A stretch of DNA of 64,000 nucleotides from an uncultured Planctomycetota bacterium (GCA_963719315.1 CAVRBU010000002.1:64001-128000); one strand, 5' to 3'; numbered from the stretch's first letter, positions 28,841 through 39,703 are shown. Notes: generated by a model from the sequence alone, not told the origin. Made by a program: numbers and translations.

Positions 28841-30155
28841 ATGAACGCATCTTCCACTACATTTAGTGCCGTCGCGTGCGCGGTTCTGGCCGCTTTGTTT
28901 GTGGGCAATGCAGGCTGCACGAACATTTCGTCGTGGAAGCCATCGAAGATGTTCAGCCTGGATAGCACCTGGCCATTCCGCGACAAAGACAAGCCCAAAG
29001 AGGGCACACCGGAGCGGATGGTATGCACCTGGGCCGATACAGTGTTGACTCAGGCCGGGCAAAAGCCGCAGCGCGGCTTCGGCGGCCGGATCATGTTCTA
29101 CGAAAAGGACGAGAAGAATCCGATCCTGGTAGATGGGCAGCTTGTGGTCTATGCCTTCGATGAAGCGGGCCGTGATCCCACGGATAACAAGCCGACCCGC
29201 CGATACGTATTTCCGGCCGAGCAAATGCCGATCCATATGAGCAAATCGGAGCTGGGCGCATCGTATAGCTTTTGGTTGCCGTGGGACGAAGCGGGCGGTC
29301 CAAGGACCGACGTCAGCCTGATTTGCCGCTTCGAGCCCAAAGGTGGCTCGGTGGTCACCAGCGAACAAACGAAACACCGTCTGCCCGGTTCGGCGCCGGC
29401 GCTCGCCACGGGCGGAGCAAAAAAACCGCCGGCGATACCGGAAGGCGTTCCAACGAAACCCGCCATCGAGACTTTGCAAAGCCTGCAAGCCAAACGTACC
29501 CAGGAACATAGCGCACAATTGGCCAACTATGAGATCGCAGCGCCCGCCGATCCACGGGCGTTTCCAATCAATGCGACACAAGATGCTTACTCGATGCCAA
29601 CGCGGCGCATGACGGCGACCACGATCAACCTGCCCAATAACTTTCAGATGCCAAACGCCGCCGCGATGATGAATGCGGCTCCAATGCCTTCCGTTGCTCA
29701 GCCGGCTGCCCAAATCGAGCAACCAATACAGAACCAGCCATTACCTCAACAGACTTCAGCAGCGAACGTATCCATCCCGGCGACCATGCAAGCGGCCGTC
29801 GCCCAGCAACTGGCGATCAATCGCTCGCAGCCGCCCACTCCGCTGAATTCGAACCTGTCGCCGTCCGCGTCGAACGTGCAAAGCACGATCATGCCGGGCC
29901 CCCCTTCTCTGCCGCAGTCGCCATCCGTCTATGGCGCAGACCCAGCCAGCCCAGACGCCGATGATGCAGGAGTACGCGCGGCAGATGGCCATGCAACAGC
30001 AGTTGCTTCAACAGCAGCAGCAGATGCAACAAGCAACGCAGCAACAGCGAGCGGCTTCTGGGCAGTTGCCGATGCCGCAATCGGCCGTGCAAGGTCCGAT
30101 GCCGGCAAACACCGCCACGCTCAACTACCCGGCTGCGGGGCAATACTTTCGCTAG
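28841..30155 (+). CDS. Planctomycete lipoprotein with P/Q-rich tail; frameshift near 29925
   Basis: Lipobox-like NAGC; RGFGGRIMFY..VDGQLVVYAFD..YSFWLPW; Q-rich tail continues in ORF 29931-30155. Confidence 0.7.
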
Positions 30156-30897
30156 GCTCGCCGGCGACCGTCATCTCATTGCGGACGGCTCGCACACCCT
30201 GCTCGAGCGACACCAGCTGACCGATGACGAGCCGCTCGCTGTCGCTGGCCGCTACGCCCGTGATCACGGCGGTGTCGCCTTGCATCGTGAGCAACGGTTG
30301 CGTCATGTGATGATCGGCCATGATCTTCGCCAACCGCGTGCGAATCGTATTTCCCAGAGCCTCGGACGATGACTGGGGCGCATTGAACGCCACACGAACT
30401 TCCATCCGCATCGGCTGCGGCGGATTCGACGCGGTTGTCGTCGTTTTGCGATTCTTGCGATTGTTGCGACTCATCTGGCGGTTCATGTTGTTGAAGAATT
30501 GAGTCTGGGCACGGTTCGATTGCTGGAACGTGTTCTGCATGTCTGTCGCATCGCGACCGACGAAGTTTTGGCCGCCGCCGTATTGACCGCCTCCGAAGCC
30601 GGAGTTGCCGAAGCCGCCTTGCCCAAACGAGGAATTCCCGAAGCCGCTGTTTCCGCCAAACCCGCCGCTGCCAAATCCGCCGCCCATCCCGCCACTGCCA
30701 AAACCACCCGAGCCGAAGCCACTGCTGCCCATCCCACCTCCACCGAAGCCCGAGCTACCGAAGCCGCTGGAGCCAAACCCAGAACCACCTGAGCCAAGGA
30801 TTCCCATCCCGCCGCCCCGGCCTTGGGCATGGGTTACCTCGCTTGCGGCTAAAACAATCGCGACCACGGCGGAAATCGAAATAACGCGGGTAAACAT
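30121..30897 (-). CDS. Secreted Gly-rich BON-domain protein
   Basis: Signal peptide, GSSGF repeats, C-terminal TAVITG..EQGVRAVRNEMTV. Confidence 0.8.
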   Translation of the reverse strand: MFTRVISISAVVAIVLAASEVTHAQGRGGGMGILGSGGSGFGSSGFGSSGFGGGGMGSSGFGSGGFGSGGMGGGFGSGGFGGNSGFGNSSFGQGGFGNSGFGGGQYGGGQNFVGRDATDMQNTFQQSNRAQTQFFNNMNRQMSRNNRKNRKTTTTASNPPQPMRMEVRVAFNAPQSSSEALGNTIRTRLAKIMADHHMTQPLLTMQGDTAVITGVAASDSERLVIGQLVSLEQGVRAVRNEMTVAGEPSESIAPQPGS

Positions 30898-31146
30898 CGC
30901 AGAATCCTCCGGTGAACGGCCGCAATCATTATATCTATCAGCACGATCTGGGTATAATGCGAACCAAGTTTTCGCCACCGGCGGCGAATTCCACGTTAGA
31001 ACTTCACGATTGATCGGCAAAAACCGGCAACGGAGGATTTTCCGGCTGCCACCGATCGTGGCGATGGGCGAGCCGCCTGTCGACGTTTTTTCGCATATCG
31101 TGTCAGGCGGGCCGCCTGTCACTACGTCTGCCTCAGGAGCCATGCC

Positions 31147-33117
31147 ATGCGTTTGCCCGTTGCCCGACCCGTTTCGCGAACATTTGGATGTCGTTCGGCG
31201 CGCCTTTTCGTGGCACTCTCAGTGCTTGTTCCCGCGCTCGCCGCGCAGGCCGAGCGGCCCTCGGCGATGAAGCTGTTTCCGGAAGAAAGCGTCGTCTTCG
31301 TGCGCGTGCCGAATGCCCAAGAACTTGGCGAACGCATTCAGCAAACTTCCACCGGCCGCATGCTTCAGGATCCTCAACTCCGACCGTTCGTCGAGAGCCT
31401 CTACGGCAAGGCGAGCGAGCTTTACGCCAAGGATGTCGAAAGCAAACTCGGCATTTCATGGGACGACTTGAAGAAGCTCCCCAAAGGCGAAGTAGCGTTT
31501 GCCGTCGTAGCTCGCCCAGAAAAGCGACCGGCGCTGCTGCTGATGATCGACCAAGGCGACGAAGCCTCGGTCGCCGACAAGCTGTTGGACAAAGCGCTCG
31601 ATCTGGCGCAACAGAAGGGGGCCGACTTCAGCAAGGAAAAAATCGGTGACGTCGAGGTGACGATCGTCCGGGACAAGGACCGCGAGAATCGCATGTTCGG
31701 CGTGTTCGAGCGCGAGAACACGATCGTCGTCGCCACGGACCCGAACGTGATCCGCAACGTTCTTTGGCACTGGGACCACCCCGGCGAAACCGGCGGAGCT
31801 TCCGCTGTCCCCGCCGCCGAAGCAACACCTGTCGAAAAAACCGCCTCGACCGAACTCAAAAAAGATGGCGACGCCGCGGCCGCCGATGAGAAAGCGAAAC
31901 AGGAAGCAACCGAGTTCGTGCCGGGACGCTCGCTCGCACAAAACGATCGCTTCGTCACGATCTTGAAGCAGTGCCGCCGGCCACAGGATCCGCCGCCGCA
32001 ACTAGTGTTTTTCATCGATCCCATCGAGCTCGTGCACAATGTTGGCCGAGGAAATACCGGCCTGCAATTCGTGCTGGGGCTTTTCCCATCGCTCGGTGTC
32101 GACGGCCTGATGGCAATTGGCGGCGCCGTCACCTACTCGACCGACGAGTACGACAGCCTCGCCCAATTCCACGTGCTGCTCGAGAATCCGCGCTCCGGCG
32201 TGATGCTGTTGCCGGCGTTTCAAGCAGGCGAGACGGCGCCGCAACCTTTCGTGCCCCTGGCCCTGCAATCGTACATCACTTGGAACGAAAACTTGCGAAC
32301 CACGTATGACCGCATTGTCGAGCTCGTGGATCAATATCGCTACAAAGGGTCGGTGGACAAATTCGTGCAGGGGAGTATTTCGGACAAGCTGGGCATCGAT
32401 TTCCTGAAAGATGTCATCGACAACTTGAAGGGCCGGTACACCTGGATGATTGGCTTCGATCGGCCGGCGCATTTTCAAGGCCAGCAACATGTCTTTGCGG
32501 CCGAACTGGTCGACGAAAATGCCGCGGCGGAGTCGCTCACAACCGTGATGAAAAAGTATCCGGAACTGTTCGAGGAACGGCATTTCGGCAACGTGACGTA
32601 TTACGGAATCAAATCGCCCCGGCAGGCGGACAACCCCGAAGCAGAACGTCCATTTAATCCGTTTGTCGGCATCATGGATGGCTATTTGTTTATCGGCACT
32701 TCTTGCCAGCGGTTCGAGCTATGCATTGCCGCCCGCGACGGCACGGCGGACCGGCTTGTCGATTCCAACGATTTCGCGCGGACGAGTGCCGTCATTGGCC
32801 GTGAGACGGCCGGGGTCACGCCGGTCCTATTCTCAATCGGTCGCGAGGAAGAATCCATGCGCCAATGGTACGAGTTGCTCACCTCGGAAAAGACTCGGCG
32901 CAGATCGATGAGAAGAAAGAGAACAACGCTTACCTCCAAGCGCTGGCGGAACGTCATGGACCAAAATAAACTCCCTCCGTTCGAAGCACTCGCGCCGTAT
33001 TTTGCGCCTGGAGGCGGAATTCTGTACGACACCGACTCCGGCTACCACGCTATTTCGTTTATGCTGCGAAACGAAGTAAAACCGAACGAGCAGCCTTCGG
33101 CCGCAGCGGCGAAATAA
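31147..33117 (+). CDS. Secreted planctomycete hypothetical protein (DUF3352-like)
   Basis: Long ORF with signal peptide; an apparently out-of-frame stretch near 32897-32950 suggests compensating indels. Confidence 0.7.
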   Translation: MRLPVARPVSRTFGCRSARLFVALSVLVPALAAQAERPSAMKLFPEESVVFVRVPNAQELGERIQQTSTGRMLQDPQLRPFVESLYGKASELYAKDVESKLGISWDDLKKLPKGEVAFAVVARPEKRPALLLMIDQGDEASVADKLLDKALDLAQQKGADFSKEKIGDVEVTIVRDKDRENRMFGVFERENTIVVATDPNVIRNVLWHWDHPGETGGASAVPAAEATPVEKTASTELKKDGDAAAADEKAKQEATEFVPGRSLAQNDRFVTILKQCRRPQDPPPQLVFFIDPIELVHNVGRGNTGLQFVLGLFPSLGVDGLMAIGGAVTYSTDEYDSLAQFHVLLENPRSGVMLLPAFQAGETAPQPFVPLALQSYITWNENLRTTYDRIVELVDQYRYKGSVDKFVQGSISDKLGIDFLKDVIDNLKGRYTWMIGFDRPAHFQGQQHVFAAELVDENAAAESLTTVMKKYPELFEERHFGNVTYYGIKSPRQADNPEAERPFNPFVGIMDGYLFIGTSCQRFELCIAARDGTADRLVDSNDFARTSAVIGRETAGVTPVLFSIGREEESMRQWYELLTSEKTRRRSMRRKRTTLTSKRWRNVMDQNKLPPFEALAPYFAPGGGILYDTDSGYHAISFMLRNEVKPNEQPSAAAAK

Positions 33118-33124
33118 CTTGACG

Positions 33125-34240
33125 CTATTGAGAAGTGACCAGATCGAGTGGCCAGTCGGTCACGAGTTCGGCGCCGCCGGATGTGATGATGTAGTTTTGC
33201 TCGAGGCGAATGCCGGCCCGCAGCGATTCGTGGTAGACGCCGGGCTCCACGGCAATGAAGTCGCCCTCGGCTAGAGTGTCATCCCACTTGGGATTTAGAT
33301 GTGGCGTTTCATGCGGCATAAGGCCGACGCCGTGTCCCAAGTGGTGGCTGAACGTCCAGGGCTCGTGGTCATTCAATTCTTTGTGTGCGAGTTCATACAA
33401 CTGGCGGCAACTTAGGCCGGGCCCTAATTCCGCTTCAATCAATGGGAAAATAGACGCGACCGCTTGCCAGGCCCTCTGCTGTTGCGGCGTGGGCACCCCA
33501 TCGACCGCGAGTGTCCGGCAATTGTCGGAATAATATCCGCGGAAGCCAACTCCCAGGTCGAGAATAAGTAGTTCGCCGGCCTGCGCAGCCCGGTTGCGCG
33601 GCGGCCCACCGGGATCGCACGAACGGAAGTCCTGGCCGAAATACGTCGGCGGTTCACCGAGCGTTTTGACGGCGACGGCATACAGCTCGGCGTACAGATC
33701 CAATTCGTTGAGGCCGGGTCGAACGATCCGCCGCGCGCGTTCGTACATGGCCTGGTTTGCCTCGTTGGCACGCAGAAGCATCCGCAGCTCGTCGGCATCT
33801 TTGCGGCGACGAAGCTCGGGCAGCACGGCGTCGATCTCGACGAGTGCCGCATTCCAGCCCAAGAGCAATTGAGGCGGAAACGCTTCGAACTCACACGCGA
33901 CTCGCTTAGGCGGGCGGCCCAATTTGGCCTGCAACACTGCCGAACCGGCGGCGCGCTGCTCGCCGCGGAGCGTAGCGTGCCACTGGGCTTCGTAACTCAA
34001 CTTTTCGTCCGCGGCTACGATATCGCCGAGTTGATGCGACGGCAGGACGAGCGTCACGTGCCCCTCGAGACTCAGCGCCGCGATCGGCTCGAACGGCGGT
34101 CGCACGTACGCGCCCGTAAGCCACTGCACCGATTCGCGCCTCGTAAGGACCACAAGGTCCACATCGAGCGGCTCGACCGCTTCCAACAGCCGACGTTGCC
34201 GGCCGCGGCAAGCAACAAGGTCAACGGCGAACGGGTCCAC
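33125..34240 (-). CDS. M24 (Xaa-Pro) peptidase family protein
   Basis: LDLG..GYYSDNCRT, HHLGHGVGL.PHE.P, VEPGVY, GIRLEQN. Confidence 0.9.
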   Translation of the reverse strand: MDPFAVDLVACRGRQRRLLEAVEPLDVDLVVLTRRESVQWLTGAYVRPPFEPIAALSLEGHVTLVLPSHQLGDIVAADEKLSYEAQWHATLRGEQRAAGSAVLQAKLGRPPKRVACEFEAFPPQLLLGWNAALVEIDAVLPELRRRKDADELRMLLRANEANQAMYERARRIVRPGLNELDLYAELYAVAVKTLGEPPTYFGQDFRSCDPGGPPRNRAAQAGELLILDLGVGFRGYYSDNCRTLAVDGVPTPQQQRAWQAVASIFPLIEAELGPGLSCRQLYELAHKELNDHEPWTFSHHLGHGVGLMPHETPHLNPKWDDTLAEGDFIAVEPGVYHESLRAGIRLEQNYIITSGGAELVTDWPLDLVTSQ

Positions 34241-34243
34241 GGA

Positions 34244-35452
34244 TTAGCCCTCGATTGCAGTGTCATCGCCACCGACCGAGTCGAACGCCAGCGGGTGCTC
34301 GCTCAGCGGGTCTTCGATGCGGATCGACGTTTTGCCGGCCAGCAGTTCTTCAATGAGATGACCGACCAATTCGGCCCGCCAGCCGCTCGCCAACAGCGGG
34401 GGTTCGTCGCCGTCGGCGCCCGCAAAGCCCAACCGATACGCAATCAAGTCGCGAACGTCGGTCGCGGTGCCGGCCAAACTTGTGGCCACATTGGCGTCGC
34501 GGCAGATGCTCGATAACGCCGGAGACAGGAATTGCCCCAACAGATTGAGTTGCGACGGCATCGCTTCCTGCGACGGACGTTCGATGTCGTCCAGCGGCGC
34601 TTCGAGCCCCTTTCGCACACAATCCGCGATTTGGGACATTGTATCGGGTTTGAAGCCGTGGTGCATGCCGCGGACGGCGCGAATTTTCTCGAGGCTGACG
34701 CTCTTACGTTTGGCAAGTTCCACGATCAAATCATCGCGTAAGATTCTCCGCTGGGGCACGTCGCGCCGTTCGGCCTCATTGCGCCGCCACATCCACAACT
34801 CGCGGACGACGGCCAGACTGCGCGACGAAAGATTGCCGAGCCCCGAGACACGCCGCCAACGCGGTTTATCCCGCGCATCTTGCACGTCGGCCAGCCACCG
34901 CTCCATTTCCTCGCCCAACCATTCGAGCCGGTTGAGCTTCTTCAGCTTGCGGCCCAACGTATCGTACAACGGAAGAAGATAACGTACGTCTTCGAGCGCG
35001 TAATCGATTTGTTCTTCGGTAAGGGGCCGGCGGCGCCAATCGGTTCGCTGCTCGCCTTTACCGGGTCGGGCGTTCAAAAATTTTGTGACTACCGAGCCGT
35101 AGGATGATGGATATTCCGCGCTGCAGAAGCCGGCCGCGAGTTGCGTATCGAACAAGTGGGCCGGCGGGCTGCCGCAGGCGGTGAGCGCGAAATTCACCTC
35201 CTCGCGGGCCGCATGTACGATCGTGGAGTGCTCGCCGTCGGCCAGCGTTCGCCAGAATTTCGCAAGGTCGCCGGCCTTGTAAGGATCAATGACGGCCAGT
35301 TCGTCTTGCGTCGCCACCTGGACGAGGCACAGTTCGGGGCGATACGTGTCCTCGGACACGAACTCGGTATCGATTCCAATACGATCCGCGCGTGCCAACC
35401 GGCGACAGAAGTCGTCAAGCTGCGCGGAGCTGGAGATCGTCTCGTGCGACAC
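34244..35452 (-). CDS. rnd: Ribonuclease D with HRDC domain
   Basis: IDTEFVSEDTY.PELCLVQ, FDTQLAAG, TDWRRRPLT.EQ..YA.EDV. Confidence 0.93.
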   Translation of the reverse strand: MSHETISSSAQLDDFCRRLARADRIGIDTEFVSEDTYRPELCLVQVATQDELAVIDPYKAGDLAKFWRTLADGEHSTIVHAAREEVNFALTACGSPPAHLFDTQLAAGFCSAEYPSSYGSVVTKFLNARPGKGEQRTDWRRRPLTEEQIDYALEDVRYLLPLYDTLGRKLKKLNRLEWLGEEMERWLADVQDARDKPRWRRVSGLGNLSSRSLAVVRELWMWRRNEAERRDVPQRRILRDDLIVELAKRKSVSLEKIRAVRGMHHGFKPDTMSQIADCVRKGLEAPLDDIERPSQEAMPSQLNLLGQFLSPALSSICRDANVATSLAGTATDVRDLIAYRLGFAGADGDEPPLLASGWRAELVGHLIEELLAGKTSIRIEDPLSEHPLAFDSVGGDDTAIEG

Positions 35453-35595
35453 GACTGGCGAGAAGAGGTAGCGTGATAAACTGGAAAAAACGATTGCCGA
35501 TGCTATGCGCCTGAATGTTCAAACCAACGACTGCGACGGCAGACACACAATATCAACGCTTGACGCACTCGCCACAAGGCGGATCGGGAAAAAAG

Positions 35596-37194
35596 TTAAT
35601 ATGGGAACAGGAGATATTGCCACATCATGGCGGCCAGCACCGGCAGCAGGATCAGGACACTGTACACCATGAAGCCGAAGAAGCTGGGCATTTTGACGCC
35701 GGACTTCTCGGCAATCGCGCGGACCATGAAATTCGGCCCGTTTCCGATGTACGTCATGGCACCCATGAACACTGCTCCGAGACTCAGGCCGATCAACGTG
35801 ACGTGCTCCACGCCGGCAACCAAGACCGCATCGGGCGGCTGCGGCATGGCTCGTGCCGTCTGGAAGAACACCAGGTATGTGGGGGCATTATCGAGCACGC
35901 TCGACAATGCGCCCGTCACCCAAAAAAATTGCGCAGGCGTGCGAATTCCCAATTCGCTGCCGTGCACGCTGAGAATTTGCAAAGCCGGCTGCATCGTGAT
36001 GAAGATCCCCGTAAAGATGGCGGCCACCTCCACGATTGCGTGGTAGTTGAATCGATTGGCATAGCGGACTTGCTTATTACCAAACCAGAGCGAAGTCGCG
36101 ACCAGGCTCAACTGCACGATCTCGCGTAAATACATCCAGGGATGCCAAGTCGTTCCCGGCACCGGCTTGCTGGGATCCAACATTGCTACCGCCAGGACGA
36201 CGCCTAACAGCAATGGGACGTTCACTTCCCAGCCGCTGATGCGGAGGCGGCGTTGCTGCTCGATGTCGCGCTCGATGTCCGCGATCGTTTCATGCGGGTA
36301 AAACCAAATCGAGTCGAAAAGCAAGTAGGCAACCAGCAGCAATCCGTTGACAAACAACCATTCCTTCCACAACACAAAGGTCCACAAGAAGGGAACTCCC
36401 TGCAAATAACCCAAGAACAGCGGCGGGTCGCCCAACGGCAGTAGGCAACCGCCACAATTGCAAACAATGAAAATGAAAAACACCACCGTGTGCGCAACGT
36501 GCTTGCGCTCTTTGTTCGTTTCCAGCACGGGGCGAATGAGCAGCATTGCCGCGCCGGTGGTGCCGATAAAACTGGCCAGTAACGCGCCGACGCACATGAA
36601 CGTGGCGTTCGTCATCGGGTGGGCCTGTAAGTCGCCGGTGATCCGGATGCCGCCGCAGATCGTGTACAAGCTAAACAAGAGCACGATGAACGGCACATAC
36701 TCTTGAAGCAACGCATTGGCCAGGACCGCTTTTACGAAACCGGTTTGCATGAACGATTCAGTTGGCTCGACGACATGGTGCGACGGCCAATGGCCTTCGA
36801 TCGAGGTCCGATGGAGGAATGCGTAGTAGGCCAGAGCCACCAGCGACAACACGATGGCCACGATAAACCGATTCCGATTCGAATCCCACCATTCCGCCGT
36901 CGAGGGAATGAGCGGCAGAACGGCGATTCCAGCCAGCAGCACAGCAAACGGAATTACCGTCCATAAGGGCGGTGAGACCATCGCGGCGTGCCGCTCTGCC
37001 GAGTTTTCCGGGGCCGGTTCAGCCGACATGTGATCGGTGGACGCGCCGCCATGCGTGGCCTGAGCTGCTACAATTTGCTTTGTGCCCATTTGCGGCAAAC
37101 CGGCAATTACGGCAACGCCGTAGAGAACTACGACGGCCAAAATCGCCGCGGGAACCGATACGTGGCTGCCGCTCTCGTGTGCGTGTTGCGTCAT
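35596..37194 (-). CDS. IT-superfamily sodium:proton antiporter-like transporter
   Basis: IGTTGAAMLLIRP, NCGGCLLPLGDPPLFLGY, LDNAPTYL, TYIGNGPNFMV; many TM helices. Confidence 0.85.
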   Translation of the reverse strand: MTQHAHESGSHVSVPAAILAVVVLYGVAVIAGLPQMGTKQIVAAQATHGGASTDHMSAEPAPENSAERHAAMVSPPLWTVIPFAVLLAGIAVLPLIPSTAEWWDSNRNRFIVAIVLSLVALAYYAFLHRTSIEGHWPSHHVVEPTESFMQTGFVKAVLANALLQEYVPFIVLLFSLYTICGGIRITGDLQAHPMTNATFMCVGALLASFIGTTGAAMLLIRPVLETNKERKHVAHTVVFFIFIVCNCGGCLLPLGDPPLFLGYLQGVPFLWTFVLWKEWLFVNGLLLVAYLLFDSIWFYPHETIADIERDIEQQRRLRISGWEVNVPLLLGVVLAVAMLDPSKPVPGTTWHPWMYLREIVQLSLVATSLWFGNKQVRYANRFNYHAIVEVAAIFTGIFITMQPALQILSVHGSELGIRTPAQFFWVTGALSSVLDNAPTYLVFFQTARAMPQPPDAVLVAGVEHVTLIGLSLGAVFMGAMTYIGNGPNFMVRAIAEKSGVKMPSFFGFMVYSVLILLPVLAAMMWQYLLFPY

Positions 37195-37330
37195 CGATTG
37201 AATTGCCCTAGTCGCGTGGGATGCTCTGGCTACTCCTACGGATGGCTTCAAGTTATCCAGCGACAGCGAAATCGTCCATGGCGACCGCTCACCAACTTTC
37301 AATCTGTTCGCACCCGCCGAAAACTGCTTG

Positions 37331-37852
37331 ATGCGCGAAACCTGGCTCAACCCGAATCGCCGCGCAATCCTGTTCGGGTGCGTGCTGCCGCTGGCGATTG
37401 TTGCAATTGGTGCGTGGCTGGCCGCAACAACCGCCGAAAGCAGTCCTTTGTGGCGCTGGCTGGGCATTATTCTACTGCTGATGGGAGCCGGGACGATCGC
37501 CACATTGGTCCGACAACTGCGGCGCCCCCGCGTCGCGTACCAGAATGGCCATGTGTTGTTCTATCTTCGCAGCGGTCCGCCGATCGCCGTACCCGTGGCC
37601 ATCGTCGAAGCGTTTTTCGCCGGCCAGAGCCCGGCGCAGCTCCCTGGGCTCGTGAAACAACCGCCGGCCGTGAATCTCATCGCCCGGCTGTCGCAACGGC
37701 ACACCGAATGGGCTGAGCAAACCGTGAAGCCCGCCCTGGGGAAATGGTGCGACGGCTACGTAACGATCCGCGGCGCCTGGTGCGAGCCGCTCGGCAGCGA
37801 ACTAATTCGCCGGATCAATCGACGACTTAAAGAAGTAAAAGACGCTACCTGA
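37331..37852 (+). CDS. Hypothetical membrane protein
   Basis: Two N-terminal TM helices; directly upstream of mfnB. Confidence 0.7.
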   Translation: MRETWLNPNRRAILFGCVLPLAIVAIGAWLAATTAESSPLWRWLGIILLLMGAGTIATLVRQLRRPRVAYQNGHVLFYLRSGPPIAVPVAIVEAFFAGQSPAQLPGLVKQPPAVNLIARLSQRHTEWAEQTVKPALGKWCDGYVTIRGAWCEPLGSELIRRINRRLKEVKDAT

Positions 37853-37865
37853 CTGCTTGCCAACG

Positions 37866-38648
37866 ATGATCGACCTGAACCCCAACCCCGAATCGCCCGG
37901 CTTGCTCGTGAGCGTTCGCAACTCCACCGAAGCGCTGGCCGCGCTAGCGGCTGGCGCCGATGTCATTGACGTGAAGGAGCCGGATCGCGGCGCTCTTGGA
38001 GCGGCAGATGCGACGACGATCTCGGCGATCGTGCGGGCCGTCAATGGCCGCGTGCCCGTCACTGCTGCATTGGGTGAAGTGAGCGAGCTCATCTCAGCAA
38101 GCGGTTCGCGCAAATTGCCGATAGTCCCACGCGGCGTTTCGCTCTTCAAAATTGGGCTGGCCGGTTGCGGACGCAATTCGCTTTGGCGATTTCACTGGCG
38201 CGACGTGATCGCGGCAATCCACGGGAGCGCAATTGGAGCGGCAGCGCAGCCCGTCGCCGTCGTGTACGCCGATTGGCACGCCGCACGTGCCCCTCAGCCA
38301 GACGCCGTATTGCAGGCCGCCTTCGAACTCCACTCCCCTGCCCTGCTCATTGATACGTGGGACAAGTCCACCGGCAACCTGTTCGATCACTGGCCGGCCG
38401 ACGAACTGCGCCCGTTTCTCGACCGAGTCCGCGCACGCAACTTACTTACCGTACTGGCTGGGTCGCTCAATGGCAGCGCTTTCGATGTGGCCGTTCGAAT
38501 GAACCCGCATTTTGTGGCGGTTCGCACCGCCGCTTGCGACGCCGGACGCAACGGAAAAGTTTCGACCGATCGTGTGCGCAAATTGAAGCAAACAATCGCC
38601 GCTCACCGCAATGCCGACCCCAATGGTCGTTTAATTGGACAGCGTTAG
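37866..38648 (+). CDS. mfnB: (5-formylfuran-3-yl)methyl phosphate synthase (DUF556)
   Basis: LLVSVRN..EA.AA..AGADVIDVKEP.RGALG, LIDTWDK, LAGSL, VAVRTAAC. Confidence 0.88.
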   Translation: MIDLNPNPESPGLLVSVRNSTEALAALAAGADVIDVKEPDRGALGAADATTISAIVRAVNGRVPVTAALGEVSELISASGSRKLPIVPRGVSLFKIGLAGCGRNSLWRFHWRDVIAAIHGSAIGAAAQPVAVVYADWHAARAPQPDAVLQAAFELHSPALLIDTWDKSTGNLFDHWPADELRPFLDRVRARNLLTVLAGSLNGSAFDVAVRMNPHFVAVRTAACDAGRNGKVSTDRVRKLKQTIAAHRNADPNGRLIGQR

Positions 38649-38851
38649 TGTCTCATCTCCGCAACGAATGTGGTCGCTACAAAAACTGGATTGGGATTCG
38701 GCTCGGCACCAAAATTGCTCCCCAAGATGCAGTCGATCCAACGTGCACGGCCACAGAATTTCCTTGACAACCAACTCAAAAACCGGATACTCGGGGGCAG
38801 TCGAGAACACTCGATTCATGGAGTCGCTGCACGACAAAGGGGTGGTTCAAA

Positions 38852-39055
38852 ATGTTCAACAACGTGTTAGATGCGATTCGAGAAGGGAACTGGTTTTTCG
38901 AGCCCGAGGATGTCGATCCGAAGCGTTACCAGGCGACGACCGCCATACCAGGCTCGCGCGACAAGCTCGACATACTCGCTGAGCGGGCCCGGTCCGGCTT
39001 GCCTCTTTGGCACGAACGCGATCGGGCCGATTACGAGGATCCGGAAATCGGCTAA
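38852..39055 (+). CDS. Small conserved-looking hypothetical protein
   Basis: ATTAIPGSRDKLDILAERARSGLPLWHERD; upstream TTGACA-16 nt-GATACT at 38764-38791. Confidence 0.7.
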   Translation: MFNNVLDAIREGNWFFEPEDVDPKRYQATTAIPGSRDKLDILAERARSGLPLWHERDRADYEDPEIG

Positions 39056-39155
39056 TCGCCGACCGTCGCCATACGCGCCATCGTCGCCGTGTTGTATGTT
39101 GGGAACTGGTTGTGATTGATATCCAAGCCCTAGCATTCAGCATCAGGACTCTAAT

Positions 39156-39461
39156 ATGCCCAAATTCGGCGTGCGCGTGCCGCACACTCTCACGAAAGAA
39201 GAAGCCCGTTCGCGACTCGATCGCTTCGTTGAAATGATCGAAGCCAAGTTCGCCAACCAGGTGGGCGATCTGCAGCAGTCATGGGATGGCGACACGCTGA
39301 AGTTCCACTTCAAAACTTACGGAATCCCCATCGACGGCGGGATTACCGTTGCCGACAAAGAACTAAACCTCGCCGGCGACATCCCCTTTGCGGCCATGAT
39401 GTTCAAAGGCAAGATCGAGTCCGAAATCCGTGAGCAGTTAGAACGCATCGTTACGGCATAG
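39156..39461 (+). CDS. Polyhydroxyalkanoic-acid-system family protein
   Basis: VPHTLTKEEARSRL..WDGDTLKF..PFAAMMFKGKIESEI. Confidence 0.8.
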   Translation: MPKFGVRVPHTLTKEEARSRLDRFVEMIEAKFANQVGDLQQSWDGDTLKFHFKTYGIPIDGGITVADKELNLAGDIPFAAMMFKGKIESEIREQLERIVTA

Positions 39462-39469
39462 GGCGAGTT

Positions 39470-39695
39470 CACCGCTATTGAAGGCTAATAATTCGCTAAT
39501 TCAGTACTTCCAAGTTTCGAGACTGGCTAAGAAATGAATTACTGAGGAACGCTGATTCTCACTAATTTCCGCTAATTCCGAATCAGTGGAAATCAGCGAT
39601 AATTAGTGTTCCCGCCCACATTGTCTGAACTTGGAACTTCTTTAATTGGAAGAGATGAATTCCTTTTAGCGTTTGATTAGAGTTCAATAGCGGAT
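39470..39695. repeat. AT-rich nested inverted repeat built from CGCTAAT/ATTAGCG-like units
   Basis: aacgctgattctcactaatttccgctaatt / aatcagtggaaatcagcgataattagtgtt; outer ttccaagtt..agac / gtct..aacttggaa. Confidence 0.55.
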
Positions 39696-39703
39696 AATAG
39701 ATT

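Noticed and set aside
30580..30800. Tandem DNA repeat
   Set aside because: It is the coding sequence for GSSGF/GG repeats of the BON protein.
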